DNA of 63,230 nucleotides, the filler included, from Bigelowiella natans CCMP2755 (taxonomy: Eukaryota; Protista; Cercozoa): NCBI GenBank assembly GCA_000320545.1. It is 3 parts of 3 records of this genome, joined end to end, with 100 filler letters (N's around TTAATTAATTAA, not from the genome) between each part and the next. Parts side by side here need not be neighbours in the genome. Positions count along the whole stretch, not along the records: positions 1 to 31,330 come from ADNK01000885.1; positions 31,431 to 61,656 come from ADNK01001109.1; 1 more part is not named here. One strand, given 5' to 3'. The position numbers and the translations under genes are program-made. A model generated the notes under the pieces. That model saw only the letters and a list, made by a program, of their open reading frames with translations. It ran no database searches and had not been told where the DNA came from. Below, piece after piece: positions 26,420 through 38,516 of the stretch. Numbering within the stretch: position 1 is the first letter of the stretch; the number at the start of each line of letters is the position of its first letter.

Positions 26420-26930
26420 ATGGCTTGGGGATATCGGCACGTTGTTCGAAGGACTCGCGTGGTCGCCTGCTGCTGCACGACGATGGTGCTGCTCACTATG
26501 CTTCTGAACTTGCTGTTGCTGCCGATCATTACATCTACCCTTTCCCGCCCTTCCCCCGTCGTGTGTGATCGAGGGAGGCTAAGCTGCATGAAATCTCATC
26601 GCCGAAGCCTTGTCTCTTCACACGTTCCGAGCTCCACATTCCGCCTGCGTCAACAAACGCAACGAATGCGGCCCGCGTACATCCAGCGAGTGCTTGGACT
26701 TGCAAAGAACGCCGCAAAGGATGATGTAGGAGGCAGGGATGGGAAGACAAACTCAGTGACCTTGATGTGGTTTCGGCGCGATCTGCGACTCAGAGACAAC
26801 ATGGCGCTACTTGCAGCAGAGAAGCAGGTACTGCTACTTGAAACAAGCATGATGACAATCACGAACTGCATGAGACTAATTGCAACAAGATTAAGTAGTC
26901 CGACAGGCATGGTTGTTCCACAACATAACA

Positions 26931-26968
<38 letters not shown>

Positions 26969-27609
26969 CATAATGCAGAGCAAGTATGTGGTGCCTACAT
27001 TCATTTGGGTTCCCAGCGAAGAGATGGAATCGGCGCCAGGGGACGCTGGTAAGAGGATAATGATGATGATGCTATTAATAGCAATAGTATATTTTTATTT
27101 ACGGTTTACGCATTTGTGCTTCCCCCCTTGACCCCCCTTCATCAATTCGACTTCTGCTGTTTCCCTTTCACAGCTCGGGTCTGGCTGCATGAGGCCTTGA
27201 AGTCCCTCAACAGCTCCCTCATCGAAAGGTCACCTGATGAATATGGCGATGATGATGAAGACGATGATGATAACGATGATGAAACGCAGGCCCGATATGG
27301 AAATTTTTGTGGTGTAACAAGTAGCTAAATGATTCATGTATGTAAAAGTTCTATGCTTGTACTGCATAACTCACATAAACAAAGATACGGTTCCGAGTTG
27401 CTGTTCGTTGAGGCGGAGAGCTCTGCTGTTAGCTGCAGAGACGACGATAGCACAGAGGGTACAACATACAGCGTTTGAGGAGATCTGATGAAATGTTGTT
27501 GCACACACGTAACGTGCGGAACAGTCCCTTAGAATGCCCCCTCGTCGAATACAAATCGTATCGTAAATCATTTGTTAAAGCTTTGCTTTATTTTGTGGTG
27601 GTGCTGTGT

Positions 27610-27650
<41 letters not shown>

Positions 27651-30600
27651 CATATGTGTATTTTGCTAGGAGTCGAAATGTCGCTGGAGGGGGAGGAGTC
27701 GTCGTCGTCGTCACCGTTGGCATATGACAAGACTTTGAGGGCAATTCGTGCGCTCATCCATCAGACCAACGCGTCGCGAATGTAGTCATGAACAGTTCAT
27801 TCGATGTGTGACATATACCCATACATGTGCAATATGAATATCTTTATATCATCAAGACCTTCCTTTTCACGCCAATGATCTGCCTTCTTCTTGCCGCTGT
27901 GACTACTATCTAACCTACTCCTGCTGGCTTCAACGCTCCCCCACCCCCTCCCCCTCTCAGAATCTTCAACAAGGTGTACGAGCCGGCGATGCTGGCACGG
28001 GATGAGCTACTTACCAAAGCACTGAGGGAGGATGATGGTGTTACAGTAGAAGTGTTGGAGGGGGCACATCTCATGTATGATCCGAAGGAAATCCATCAGT
28101 ACATGCCCGCCGTGGATGCAACTAATGCTGCTGCTTCTACTGCCGGTGGGACCGACACGAAGAAGGCGACATTCCAAGGAGGCCACTGGGGTGATGCAAT
28201 ACTGATGATGATGACGATGACAATGATGATGATGACGATGATGATGATGATGATGACGCTGTTGATTATTTCAATGAAGACAACTGGCATTAGTAGAACT
28301 GTGCATGAGCGCATAAGGCTGTTTTTGCTTACAGGCACGCTGAATCCGTTTCTCCGCGCCACGAGTAAGCTTCCAGAGCCTTCCAGGCCCAAACCACATC
28401 CGGATCGCCTTCCAAGCCCCCCTTCCTTCGCTTCGATATCGTCCCGACTAAGAAATGACTTCGGTCTGGGCACAGACATTAGCTCCATTTTGCCGCTTGC
28501 TGAGGAAGATGATCTCGAGGAATCAGGAGACAGAGCAGAAGAGAATAAGGGAGAGGAGAAGGAGGAGGAGGAGGAGAAACAGAAGAAATTGCATTTAAGA
28601 TGGGGTCGGTCATATGCTTTTGCTTGCTGCAGAGCAGTTTGGAAGAAAAACAGAGAAGTTTGGTTCATTTTTGAAAAAGGAGAGAGGGAGGGAAGGAACT
28701 AACAAAAACGCATACGGTCTATTATTCTTGGTACACAAATTACTGCACATATGTACTTAGGAGGGGGGCGGCATTCTTGGGGTGAGCGAATGATCACGTT
28801 CTGGAAACACGGTAGAAGTCGTAGCAGCAGCTCGACACAAATGACGATAATATTTGTAATATCCTCCCAGATATGTTTCCATTCACTGTGCAGAGTTCGT
28901 CGTCATCACAATAAATAACAACTTCTTACCCCCCCCCCCTCCCTCTAAACAAGATGGTACACAAAAATCAAATAGAATCATTATGGTTCCAGGTGTATCG
29001 AGCAGCGTTGGCCCTGCTAGCGAGAACACCGCTCACGAACGCCTACAGTTCTTCCTCGACGAAAAGCTGCCTTTCTACGACAAGAAGCAGTCAAATGCTG
29101 GTAGTAGTTGAACGCACCTTCATAGCACCAATTCTCCGATCTGATATCGATATCTCTCTTCTCCCTGCTTCTCTCTCCCCCCTTCCTACGTGGATTTGGT
29201 GTTAGATGTACGGGAGAGTGATGCTCGGTTTGCATCGCCAGTGAGCACGCTTTCGCCCTTCTTGCGGTGGGGACAGGTCGCCGATGTTGTGTCAATGTGT
29301 CAGCGCGTGTGTGCATGTGTGTGTAGGTGTGTGTATTTTCTCCCCACCCCCTTCTCCCTCCCTCCTTCCCTTCCTCTATCCCCTCATTTGTCGCGTTAAA
29401 CCTCTGCCAGATCTCAGCCAACAGCGTATACTGGGCCGTGAAAGATACACAAAGCAATCAGGTAGGCGGGGAAGGAGCCTTTGGTGTATGTATTTGTGTG
29501 TATGTGTATGTGTATGTATGTGTGTTCAGATGTAGCATTGAGTCCTTCCACAAACCCCCAGGATCGCCCTGTCTCAAAGGCCGACGTCAAAAGCTTCGTG
29601 CGACGGTTATACTGGCGCGATTTGGCCTACTTCCAGGTGGGGAAGTGTGTGTTGTGCTACTGTCGTGTCGGCTATTTCTTCCGCTCTCCTTTTCGCATGT
29701 AGATCGTCACGTGACGTGTATGTATCTTGCTTAGCTGATGACGTTCCCGCATATGGTCCGTGATCCGATTCGCACGCACTACAATAACCACCCCTGGTAA
29801 GGGCATAACAATAGCATATAGTAGCAAGCAGCAGCAAGAGAGAGAGGAGGAGGGGAGGGGGTTGGAGAGGGAGGGGAGAGCTAATTGGCACACAGGATGC
29901 ATGATGATCTCATACCTGTTTCACATCGTCCACAATCCTAGCTTTATCATCGTCTAACTGCGATTCTGCTTTTCTTTCTCCAGGCCAAATGCGAAAAACA
30001 CAACGCTCCTAAGGTGCCATCGTCGAGTAGTAGTAAAGCTTGGTGATGGTGTTCAGTGCGAGGAAAAGGAGATGAAATGATGATATTGAGTAATCATGAT
30101 GAAGACGGTGATTGTTGGTACTTGGATACGCTCCCCCCCCCCCCCCCCCCCGCTTATCTCCGTTTTGATAGGCGCTGGCAGAGAGGCCAAACAGGGTTTC
30201 CTATGGTACACATGACAATACAAATACTATACATATGTATATATACATACATATGCATATTTAGACGCAAAGAAAGCAATAAAACATGTCGTAAGACCGT
30301 TCTGTTTCATTCCCCGTTGCTACTTCGATGTCACTTCAGGTCGACGCCGCCATGCGCGAGCTCTGGTACACGGGCTGGATGCCACAGTCTTTGCGAATGC
30401 TGGTAAAACGCAGTCTTTCTCTGCCTGAGCAGCAGCAGCAGCACCAGCAGCAGCAGCAGTGCGGCAGTAAAAACCAGCAGAACGCTCTTTTGTAGTAGTA
30501 GTAGTAGTAGTAGTAGTAGTAATGGTAGTAGATGTAGTAGTTGGAATAAGTGTTGAAAAAAGAATATTGCTCCTTATTGCTCTTCCCCGCCGCCTATCAT

Positions 30601-30905
30601 CACTGGATTTTTTTTCTGCCTTCTCTGTGCCTGCTTACGCCTGGCTCTCTCCGTGCGAAGGTTGCGTCGTTTCTCGTGGAATATCTCGGCATTAGCTGGA
30701 AGGAGGTGAGTGGGAGCGTGGTTATCATCCTGGCTTTTGCCTTTGTCGTGATGATGATGATGATGACGGTGATGGATGTTCGCATGCTTGTATGTTTCGC
30801 CGCGTTCAGTATGAAAATCCGTCATCATCGCGCGCTTATCCATGATGATTGATGTTATGATTAGGGACATGCATGGTTTCATGAGACGCTCGTGGATCAG
30901 GATAC
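26420..30905 (+). CDS. Cryptochrome/photolyase family protein (plant-CRY-like / CryP-like) with bipartite N-terminal targeting leader; 3' end lost at the contig end
   Basis: LMWFRRDLRLRDNMAL; ARVWLHEALKSL; NKVYEPAMLARD; GGHWGTLNPFL; STLSPFLRWGQIS; SFVRRLYWRDLAYFQ; WQRGQTGFPMVDAAMRELWYTGWMPQSLRMLVASFLVEYLGISWKEGHAWFHETLVD. Confidence 0.92.
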
Positions 30906-31330
30906 GGTAGACGACAGGGGGGGGGGGGGGGGGGGGGAGTAATTTTAGTACTAGTTGTTGCCAAAAGCCCCTATCCTGGGGAGAAAAAAAAAGGGAATAG
31001 GAGGGGGAGGAGGAAAAAAAAAAAAAAAGGGAATAAACCGTAAGAAATAGGGATTATAACCCAAACATCAAAGATACAACATCCCACCGGCCATGCTCTT
31101 GCCTTTAGCACTAAGATTTGCCCAACGGAAGACATCCTCTACACGACATCTGCTTTGTACTATGGCGAAAGATTTCCTGTGAACCTTTATGTGGAAGGGG
31201 AAATGTACGCCATAGCAAGCGGATTGCCCCCGTCTGATAAATATTTGTTACCACTATAGTGAAGACCGTGGGTCAGGAAGGCTACTCATTCTGCGGAGTA
31301 GAACTCGATAGTAGACATATCGCCGATCAC

Positions 31331-31430
31331 NNNNNNNNNNNNNNNNNNNNNNNNNNNNNNNNNNNNNNNNNNNNTTAATTAATTAANNNNNNNNNNNNNN
31401 NNNNNNNNNNNNNNNNNNNNNNNNNNNNNN
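31331..31430. other. Assembly gap with artificial six-frame stop linker
   Basis: 100-nt N run with central TTAATTAATTAA (31375-31386). Confidence 0.97.
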
Positions 31431-31895
31431 GCTTCTGTTTGTTCCTTCTAGCATTGATAGTGAAGCAGGGCCTGTCTAGCTCCAGAGCTGTTGCTGTGAC
31501 ATTGAAGCATCGATCGACAATGATCACCACTGGAGTGAGCAGGTCATGCAAGTCCCTCTAGACTTGGCCACATGCCAGCATTGTGGAGACAGATTAGATG
31601 CAACAACATCACACCCAGATATGTCTAGTGTCTGAAGTTGAACTTGCAGCTGTTGTCAGACGCACAATCAATGCAAGCCACTCTAGCCCTGTTAGCTTGC
31701 CCTCCAGCCAACCCATCATCACCACCATGAAGATGACCAATCGTTGCAGCTAGCGTGTTGATTTGTTTCATGCGGCAAATGTGGTGGCACAGTAGCCCAA
31801 GCTGTGATCTGATTAGTGCAGGAGAAAGTTTTTGGGGGGGGGGGGTGTGGATAAGTAACAAGTGCATTCATATCATATTTAAGTCTATGAATGTT

Positions 31896-31955
<60 letters not shown>

Positions 31956-31964
31956 CATAGTCTG

Positions 31965-32342
31965 TGCGACGGAAGCTGAGGGCGTCATGTCCACATATCT
32001 TGATTTTGATTTAGGTAAAAGGATGAATCCATGATGAGGGGATCAAAGACGGTGACTACGACAACAACGACTACGACTACGGCGAGAATGATGTTTAAGA
32101 GTTTACGAGGATGGGTATTTTCAGGGATGGTAATCATCATTATCATCATCATCACCATCATCATCATCTTTGGATCTTACCATGACCCACCACATCGACA
32201 CAAAAACGTCAGTGAACGGCGTCCGCTGTATACGATGCATAACATTTAGGAGCACCACACAAAGGGGCAATATGGACGGTCCATATTTATGAAGAGGAAG
32301 CAGAGGAAAACTTCGCCTTGCTAGGTTAAGAAGAGTGAGGCA

Positions 32343-32383
<41 letters not shown>

Positions 32384-33391
32384 CCTATACATGTATTTTA
32401 TCCTCATCACGCCGACTACGTACCACGTCCTCGCCGAACGTATTTTTCCGAACGAAATAGCCCTTTTCTTCATCGTACACGCCGCCCTCCGTGATGAAGA
32501 TTATGCACGCGCTCGCCAGAACAAAGATCAAGATGAAGGCCATTATCTGACGAGATGAGGAGGAAGGAATTGCACAGGTTATTGACACGGTGGAGGGGGG
32601 TAGAATGATCGTTTGAGGCTCTTATTCTTCTTCTTCTTCTTCTTCTTCTTCTTGCCTGCAGCAGCAGCTTAGTTGATGTATGGAAGACGCGGAAGAGGAG
32701 GGGCATCATTCTGTTCCCCTTGAAGAGTTTCACCAGCCGCACCAGTCTCCCAACCCTGTCCGTTTCATAGATTCCAAAATGCACACGCACACACACACGC
32801 ACACGCACACGCACACTTATGACGATACGAAATAAGGAGAGGCATAAGCATACACCCGTACGCGACGAACGCCCAAGATAGGGAGCAGAAAAGGATATAG
32901 AGGAGCAGCAGCACGACATGCATGCAATACCTCAAACTGGTAAGATTAATGGACGTGCCCGTAGCGCTTTCGAGATAGAATGGGAGGATGGCGACGAGAT
33001 CAATCACGTTCATTGGCTGGATCATGAAGTCCTAGTAGCAATGATCGCAACATATTAGCGACACGCATCCAAGAATACACACGCAAACTGCACTTGAGCC
33101 CAACCTTTGTTTTCGCTACTTGCACGAGGATCATGCTGCGTAGGTTTCGCGGATGATACGCATCGACGTTGTCGTCTTCAAAGAGCTCATTGGTATCATC
33201 AACTTCAAAGAACTCTCGGGGGCTGAAGTCTTCTGGGTCGTCGCTCCTCCCAGTAATATACCTGGCGTTTCGGATTTATGGACGTAATTAACAAATATTG
33301 TTACTAACAACAGTCGTCGCCATTGTCGTTGCTATTGCTGTTGTATACACACTAATTTGCATGATATTCGTGATGGCAGGAAAGATATAAT

Positions 33392-33432
<41 letters not shown>

Positions 33433-33635
33433 ATATTAATATCTTCTAATGTAACCACTAGAGGCACCTCAACGATGCATACGTACACAATACCTTCTGG
33501 ATGATGCGCTGGCAGTAAATAAGCGGACGAGATACTCGATAGTGAAGAATATCGTGCATATGAACTCCAGAGTCTAACGTGTAAAAATGGTGGGTGGGTG
33601 GACTTTCGAGAAGGACATCCAAGAAGAAAATCCTG

Positions 33636-33674
<39 letters not shown>

Positions 33675-34193
33675 GCAATTCCGCTGCAGTATCGTTCTCT
33701 GCATCACCGTAGTTCGGGTAACGATACCGTGGCATGGAACTTATCATTAGGACAATGGTTGACAAAAGCACCATCGTCCCGCTCAATATCGAAAATCCCA
33801 ACGACAAAATGGACGACTGAGGGTCTGATGAAAGAATAATGTAAATGGTTGTAAGATTCTAAGGATGATGCATCATGCCATTCTGCTCCAATCAGCCATC
33901 CCCCGTAATGAGCTAAATTTGTCCAACGATGCGTATGGTTTGTGTTTCTAGATGCTAAATCCTGTCACACCGTCGAATATCTTGAAGATGTAAAGCCGAA
34001 CCCCGCCGTACTTAGAATATGACGGGAGGAAACGACTGCATGCCGAACCATTTTCCATCGACCACTCATCCGTATCCTGGTTCTGAGAAATATCTCCTTT
34101 CAGTCACGCACAGTATGAAGAGCGGAGACGAACTGTGAGATTTCACACAACCTGGTTCGCGTTGAAGTTTTGATTCTCCTTTGCGGTTGCCAT
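31965..34193 (-). CDS. Voltage-gated K+ channel alpha subunit (Kv, 6TM); pore and S6 end degenerate or unresolved
   Basis: IFDDPQSSILSLGFSILSGTMVLLSTIVLMISSMP (S1); LEFICTIFFTIEYLVRLF (S2); MNVIDLVAILPFYLE (S3); RVGRLVRLVKLFK (S4); IMAFILIFVLASACIIFITEGG (S5); TPFTDVFVSMWWVM (pore helix). Confidence 0.85.
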
Positions 34194-34733
34194 TGAAATC
34201 GCATTGGATCCTAGAGAATACATTGGAGCGGGACAGAGAACAGCGAGGACACAGGAGAGCCCTCCAGCGGAATGTATTTATGCGGAACTACTTTGCTTCT
34301 TCGATAACCCTACGAGAAAATACTGGGCCTTTCACTCCCTCGTTCTCGTTGTCATCAGGAGCGTAGGCTCCTCCTCCTCCTCCTCCTCTGCAAACTAGAG
34401 TAAATGCAATGCAGGGCTAATTCTGCAAAGCTCAGCGTGCGAGGGGATTCCTACTACGTTTTCAGTTTCAAGAGGTGGGGATTTATTTGGAATATCGCAT
34501 GAAATGTATGTCGTTCTCATAAATTGTTGGGATTTATACGCCATTTCCCGGTTTAGAAAATTAAAACCGCCAATTCAGGTTGTCGTATTCAGATAAACAT
34601 TGGTCTAATCGCGCATGTCTCCTGCACAGTGTAAATATGGATGGAATTCATTGATGCGACATCTAAATAAAAAGCATCTTTATGCAAAATTGCGACAACT
34701 TCAAGCCCGCCCCAACCCCTCTCTAGTGTTTGG

Positions 34734-37437
34734 ATGGACCCTCTTTTTGACCCAGAGACGGACTTCTTAGGGGGAGAGACGACGAAGGTAGTATAATTAT
34801 CATGAGCTAGGCAAATATTGAGCGAGGGTGAGGGGGGGGGGGGGGGGTGTTTAGGACTGAAAATTATTTTTTTGAAGGATCAGACTGGGCACAAGAGGTT
34901 CAATCACAAGGCCTTAGGGAACCAAGAGGAGCGCATTAAAAAGTACATAGACGATGCTGAGCGCTTGAAAAAGGTGTACTCTATCTTATCACGCAACACA
35001 TGCAGTCAGCAGTACTGACGATACAGCATTGTTTCGACAAAGACACACAAGTTTACTAAGTCGTTACCATACACTCAAAAAAAAGGAGGCGGATCGATTG
35101 AAGGCCCTTCGGCACACTCGCCCTAAATCTCCTCGCCAAATTGCCGCGAAGCTGAGAGTCAAAGCTCGCCAGGAGGCCGATGAGTATCGTCGCACCTTGA
35201 TGCGGTTTCACAAAGAGAAGGAAGACGAACTGACGAAGGAACTCATCCAGACACGGATGGAGGCTGAGAACGAAAAGAATCAAAAAATAAGGTATCAGAC
35301 CCGAATAAAGGGATCGGATGTGAAGCTACGCCAGGCCAGGCAGGAGGCCGCAGACCTCAGGCGGACGGTCACAGAGCTTCAACGACAGATCCAAACGTGG
35401 GAAGATAGGGCCACAATGGGAGACCTTGGCGCTACCGGCGGCAAGCTTAACAGCAAGACGGGTGCGGTGCGGAGAGATACTCCACCACATTCCCACTCTC
35501 CCCGTTCCTCGAGCCGAAGGACGGCAGCGAGCAACTCTACCGTCATTATGCGTGCCCTCGAGCGCCAGCGCCAGCTTACTGGCGATATCAATGCGAAATT
35601 CATCCAACAGCAGCAGGAATTGAAAGAGTGTAAAGAAGTTCTTGGTCGCGTGAAGAAGGAGTGCTCACGGCTGAGGAACCAGAAGGCCGCGCTCAAGCTG
35701 GCATTGGAGCGCTCGGAGCACGAGAAGCTCGAAGTGCAGGAGGCGCTTGAACGCCAAAAGCGAGATTGCTTCAGCCGCGACAGCCGAATCCACAAGTTGG
35801 AAGAGGAGATTCGTGTGCGGAAAGCCAGGGCCATGCAGGTAGCGAAGTAGTGTGTGCTCCCCCCCGTTCATCCTACTTCCTTATCCGTACATGCCGCTGC
35901 CGAAGAAAATGATTTATTTCAATAGCGATCTACTGTCAGCAGCATGCTTAATATATGCAAACACATCGACAACACCTTGCTCCTCCTCCACCATAATCAT
36001 AATAATAGTAATAATAATAATGGTAATTATAGTAATAAGCATCATCATCGTCATCGTCATTGTCATCGTCATCACTATCATCATATCCCACGCCTACCGC
36101 CGCACAACAACAAACAGGTGGGTCGCAAAACGGACAAGGAGATCATAAAAGCCACCAAGTCAGCGCGCGAGGAGCTCGATAAGGTGCGCAAAGAGATGGA
36201 GGATGTCACTCTAGCGGGTGGGGAAGAACTCCGTAGCCTCAGACGCATGAATGCTATCCTCGAAGCTCAAGTCGAGGCCATCTCCCCCTCCAATCGTTTC
36301 TCCTCGCCGAAGAGGTACCAGGACGACGACGACATCGACGATGACGGCGGCAATGGCGAAGATGCAATCGGTGGTGATGAAGAAGAAATATTGCCCCGAC
36401 GGGGTTCATCATCCTCCCCCCAGAAGAGCCATAGAATGCCGAGTAAACCGTCGCTATCAATTAGCTCCCAGCCGATCCTCTCCTTCACCGCGTCGCCTTC
36501 CCCGTCCAACGCAAATCGCCTGGCTGCATCCTTAAACAGAACGGCCAACACGCTTCCTGAGAGAAGAGAAGAACCGACGCGGGTCGGTTGCAGCAGCCAT
36601 TCGCGACGAGAGGAGGAGGAGGAGGAGGAGGAGGAGGAGGAGGAGGAGAAGTCGAAGAACGGCAATGAGCCCCAGGAAGAAAAGAGGCCTGTGAGATCAT
36701 CGTCGCCGCTGGTCCAACAACGACAACAACAGCCCGTCAGAGCACCGTCGGCGTCGCCCTGGTCCGAGAATGAAATGCAGCGTATCAGTTCCGATAGCAA
36801 AGCACTGAGCAGCGCCGAGATCTGCGACCGTGTATATGAGGCCATGTGCCACCTGATAGGACAGAACGGCCGCCACATGCGCGAGGCTGTTTCAGCGGCC
36901 CGCGATGAAGCCAGCGGAATGGATGGAGAACGGCGTGTGGAGCTGCTCCGACGCCATCGGCGCCGCCTTCAGACCGACGAACGGACGACGAGGAACACCA
37001 TCGAGGCCGCCCCGGAGAACACAGACGGCATACCGCAGGGCGAGAGTGACGCGCTCAAATCAATAACGGAGCAGCTCTTCCAGCAGATAGCGCAGATGCG
37101 TGAGACCCAATCTCTCGTCGTGCAGGCCATTGCCTGCGCCGACACATCGCCACCCAAGCAGCCTTCGTTCTTCAACAACCAGCTCCATCCTCCAGAACGG
37201 GACGACGCGCTAGCCGGCTTCGATGAAGATGCCGAGACGATTATTTTGGGCAAAACCCAAGCCAGTCGTCGGTCTGTGGACGTAGTAGAGGAGAGGGCAG
37301 GTGAAGAGGGAATGCTCGGGGTGGCAAGTCTCGTCAGCCCCCCGAAATCTAGCCGACTTTCACGGGTGCCAAGGAACCGTGGCGTTGACACTACTCACAA
37401 TCGACTTGTGCTAGGGGGAGGAGGGAGAAAATCGTAG
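34734..37437 (+). CDS. Long coiled-coil protein with disordered Ser/Pro-rich C-terminal region
   Basis: ATG 34734, two short exons, then ORFs 35029..35850 and ~36118..37437 with E/K/R/Q/L heptad-like composition. No family recognised. Confidence 0.7.
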
Positions 37438-37902
37438 GGCATGATTAAAGCTTACTTATGGTGTCTGTGGAGCGAGCAGATGCTGCGGTATCATTCACAT
37501 ATATCATATGTATAAGTATACATATTTTCATGTACGCCATACACACACACGATTTATACATATAATATATGTACATATATATATATATATATATATATGT
37601 TTATAAGCTATGGGACGGATGTAATGAATAATTACATTACATTTTTTCAATCGTCATCCTATTGTAGCTGTGCAATGCGACGGCTACTGCGCTTATTATG
37701 TTAGTTTGTTTCTGCGATTGTATAAGAATATGCTTGTATTAAGGTACGTCGCAACATAATTTGTTGGTTGTGCGTGGCGCTGTGTCTGCGTATGTCTAGA
37801 CGTGCTCATGGACATATCTCTACATCTACCAACATATCTTCTTAAGCTCTGCGTACAACTACAAATGCCGCAGTCCACATATTATATGTACTCACGTCTA
37901 TG

Positions 37903-37926
37903 TTCAATGGTCATCCTAATGTAGCT
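37903..37926 (+). repeat. Conserved 24-bp motif, copy 2 (TTCAATGGTCATCCTAATGTAGCT)
   Basis: See copy 1. ACGTCT occurs on both sides. Confidence 0.9.
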
Positions 37927-38221
37927 ACGTCTTATCCGGCTGTACATGACATATGATACATGCTCGCATGCGTAGAACACAATTTGCGTTAGTCGTCCTA
38001 TACCTGAACGCATATTCATCGTCACGATGCGATGCACACCTAAGACGCGGCTGTACAATGAGTGCTACCTTACTCGCTGCGATGCTGCCGCTGCTGCTTG
38101 CATGTTACTGTCGTGCGTGGACGGACACATTACGTTGACCGCCGCTGTACTGAGGCTGATTCTGGATATAATATTATAATTCGTCATGCTACATATACGT
38201 ATACGTACGCATGCTACGCTT

Positions 38222-38340
38222 GTGCGCTATAGCCTACGTGACGGCAGTTGTCGCATCATTCATAGCACACATGAAGTCTCACATGTATGCGTGCTCGTGC
38301 TATAGCTTACGTGGCGGCAGTGTCGCATCATTTATAGCAT
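38222..38340. repeat. Imperfect ~45-bp direct duplication
   Basis: GCTATAGCCTACGTGACGGCAGTTGTCGCATCATTCATAGCA versus GCTATAGCTTACGTGGCGGCAGTGTCGCATCATTTATAGCA. Confidence 0.8.
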
Positions 38341-38516
38341 AAAGGCCAGACCTAGATAGCATTCTTGCACGACGTGTACGTACATGTAGGCGCCATACGA
38401 TGCAAATACAGGGACAAGTACTTGCGATGCCATCGCATTGATAGCACTTCTTAGAGAAGACCACATTGCATTATTTTGCAGGTTCTAATTACAATGAGCA
38501 CGAATCTTAGTGCGAT

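Noticed and set aside
30910-31330. Homopolymer-rich stretch followed by a possible stem-loop (CTATGGCG 31160-31167 / CGCCATAG 31208-31215) and a short open frame
   Set aside because: Follows low-quality contig-end sequence and does not continue the cryptochrome. Possibly chimeric, and no RNA family recognised.
31375-31386. TTAATTAATTAA palindrome inside N runs (also 61701-61712)
   Set aside because: Artificial six-frame stop linker. Adjacency across these gaps is not biological evidence.
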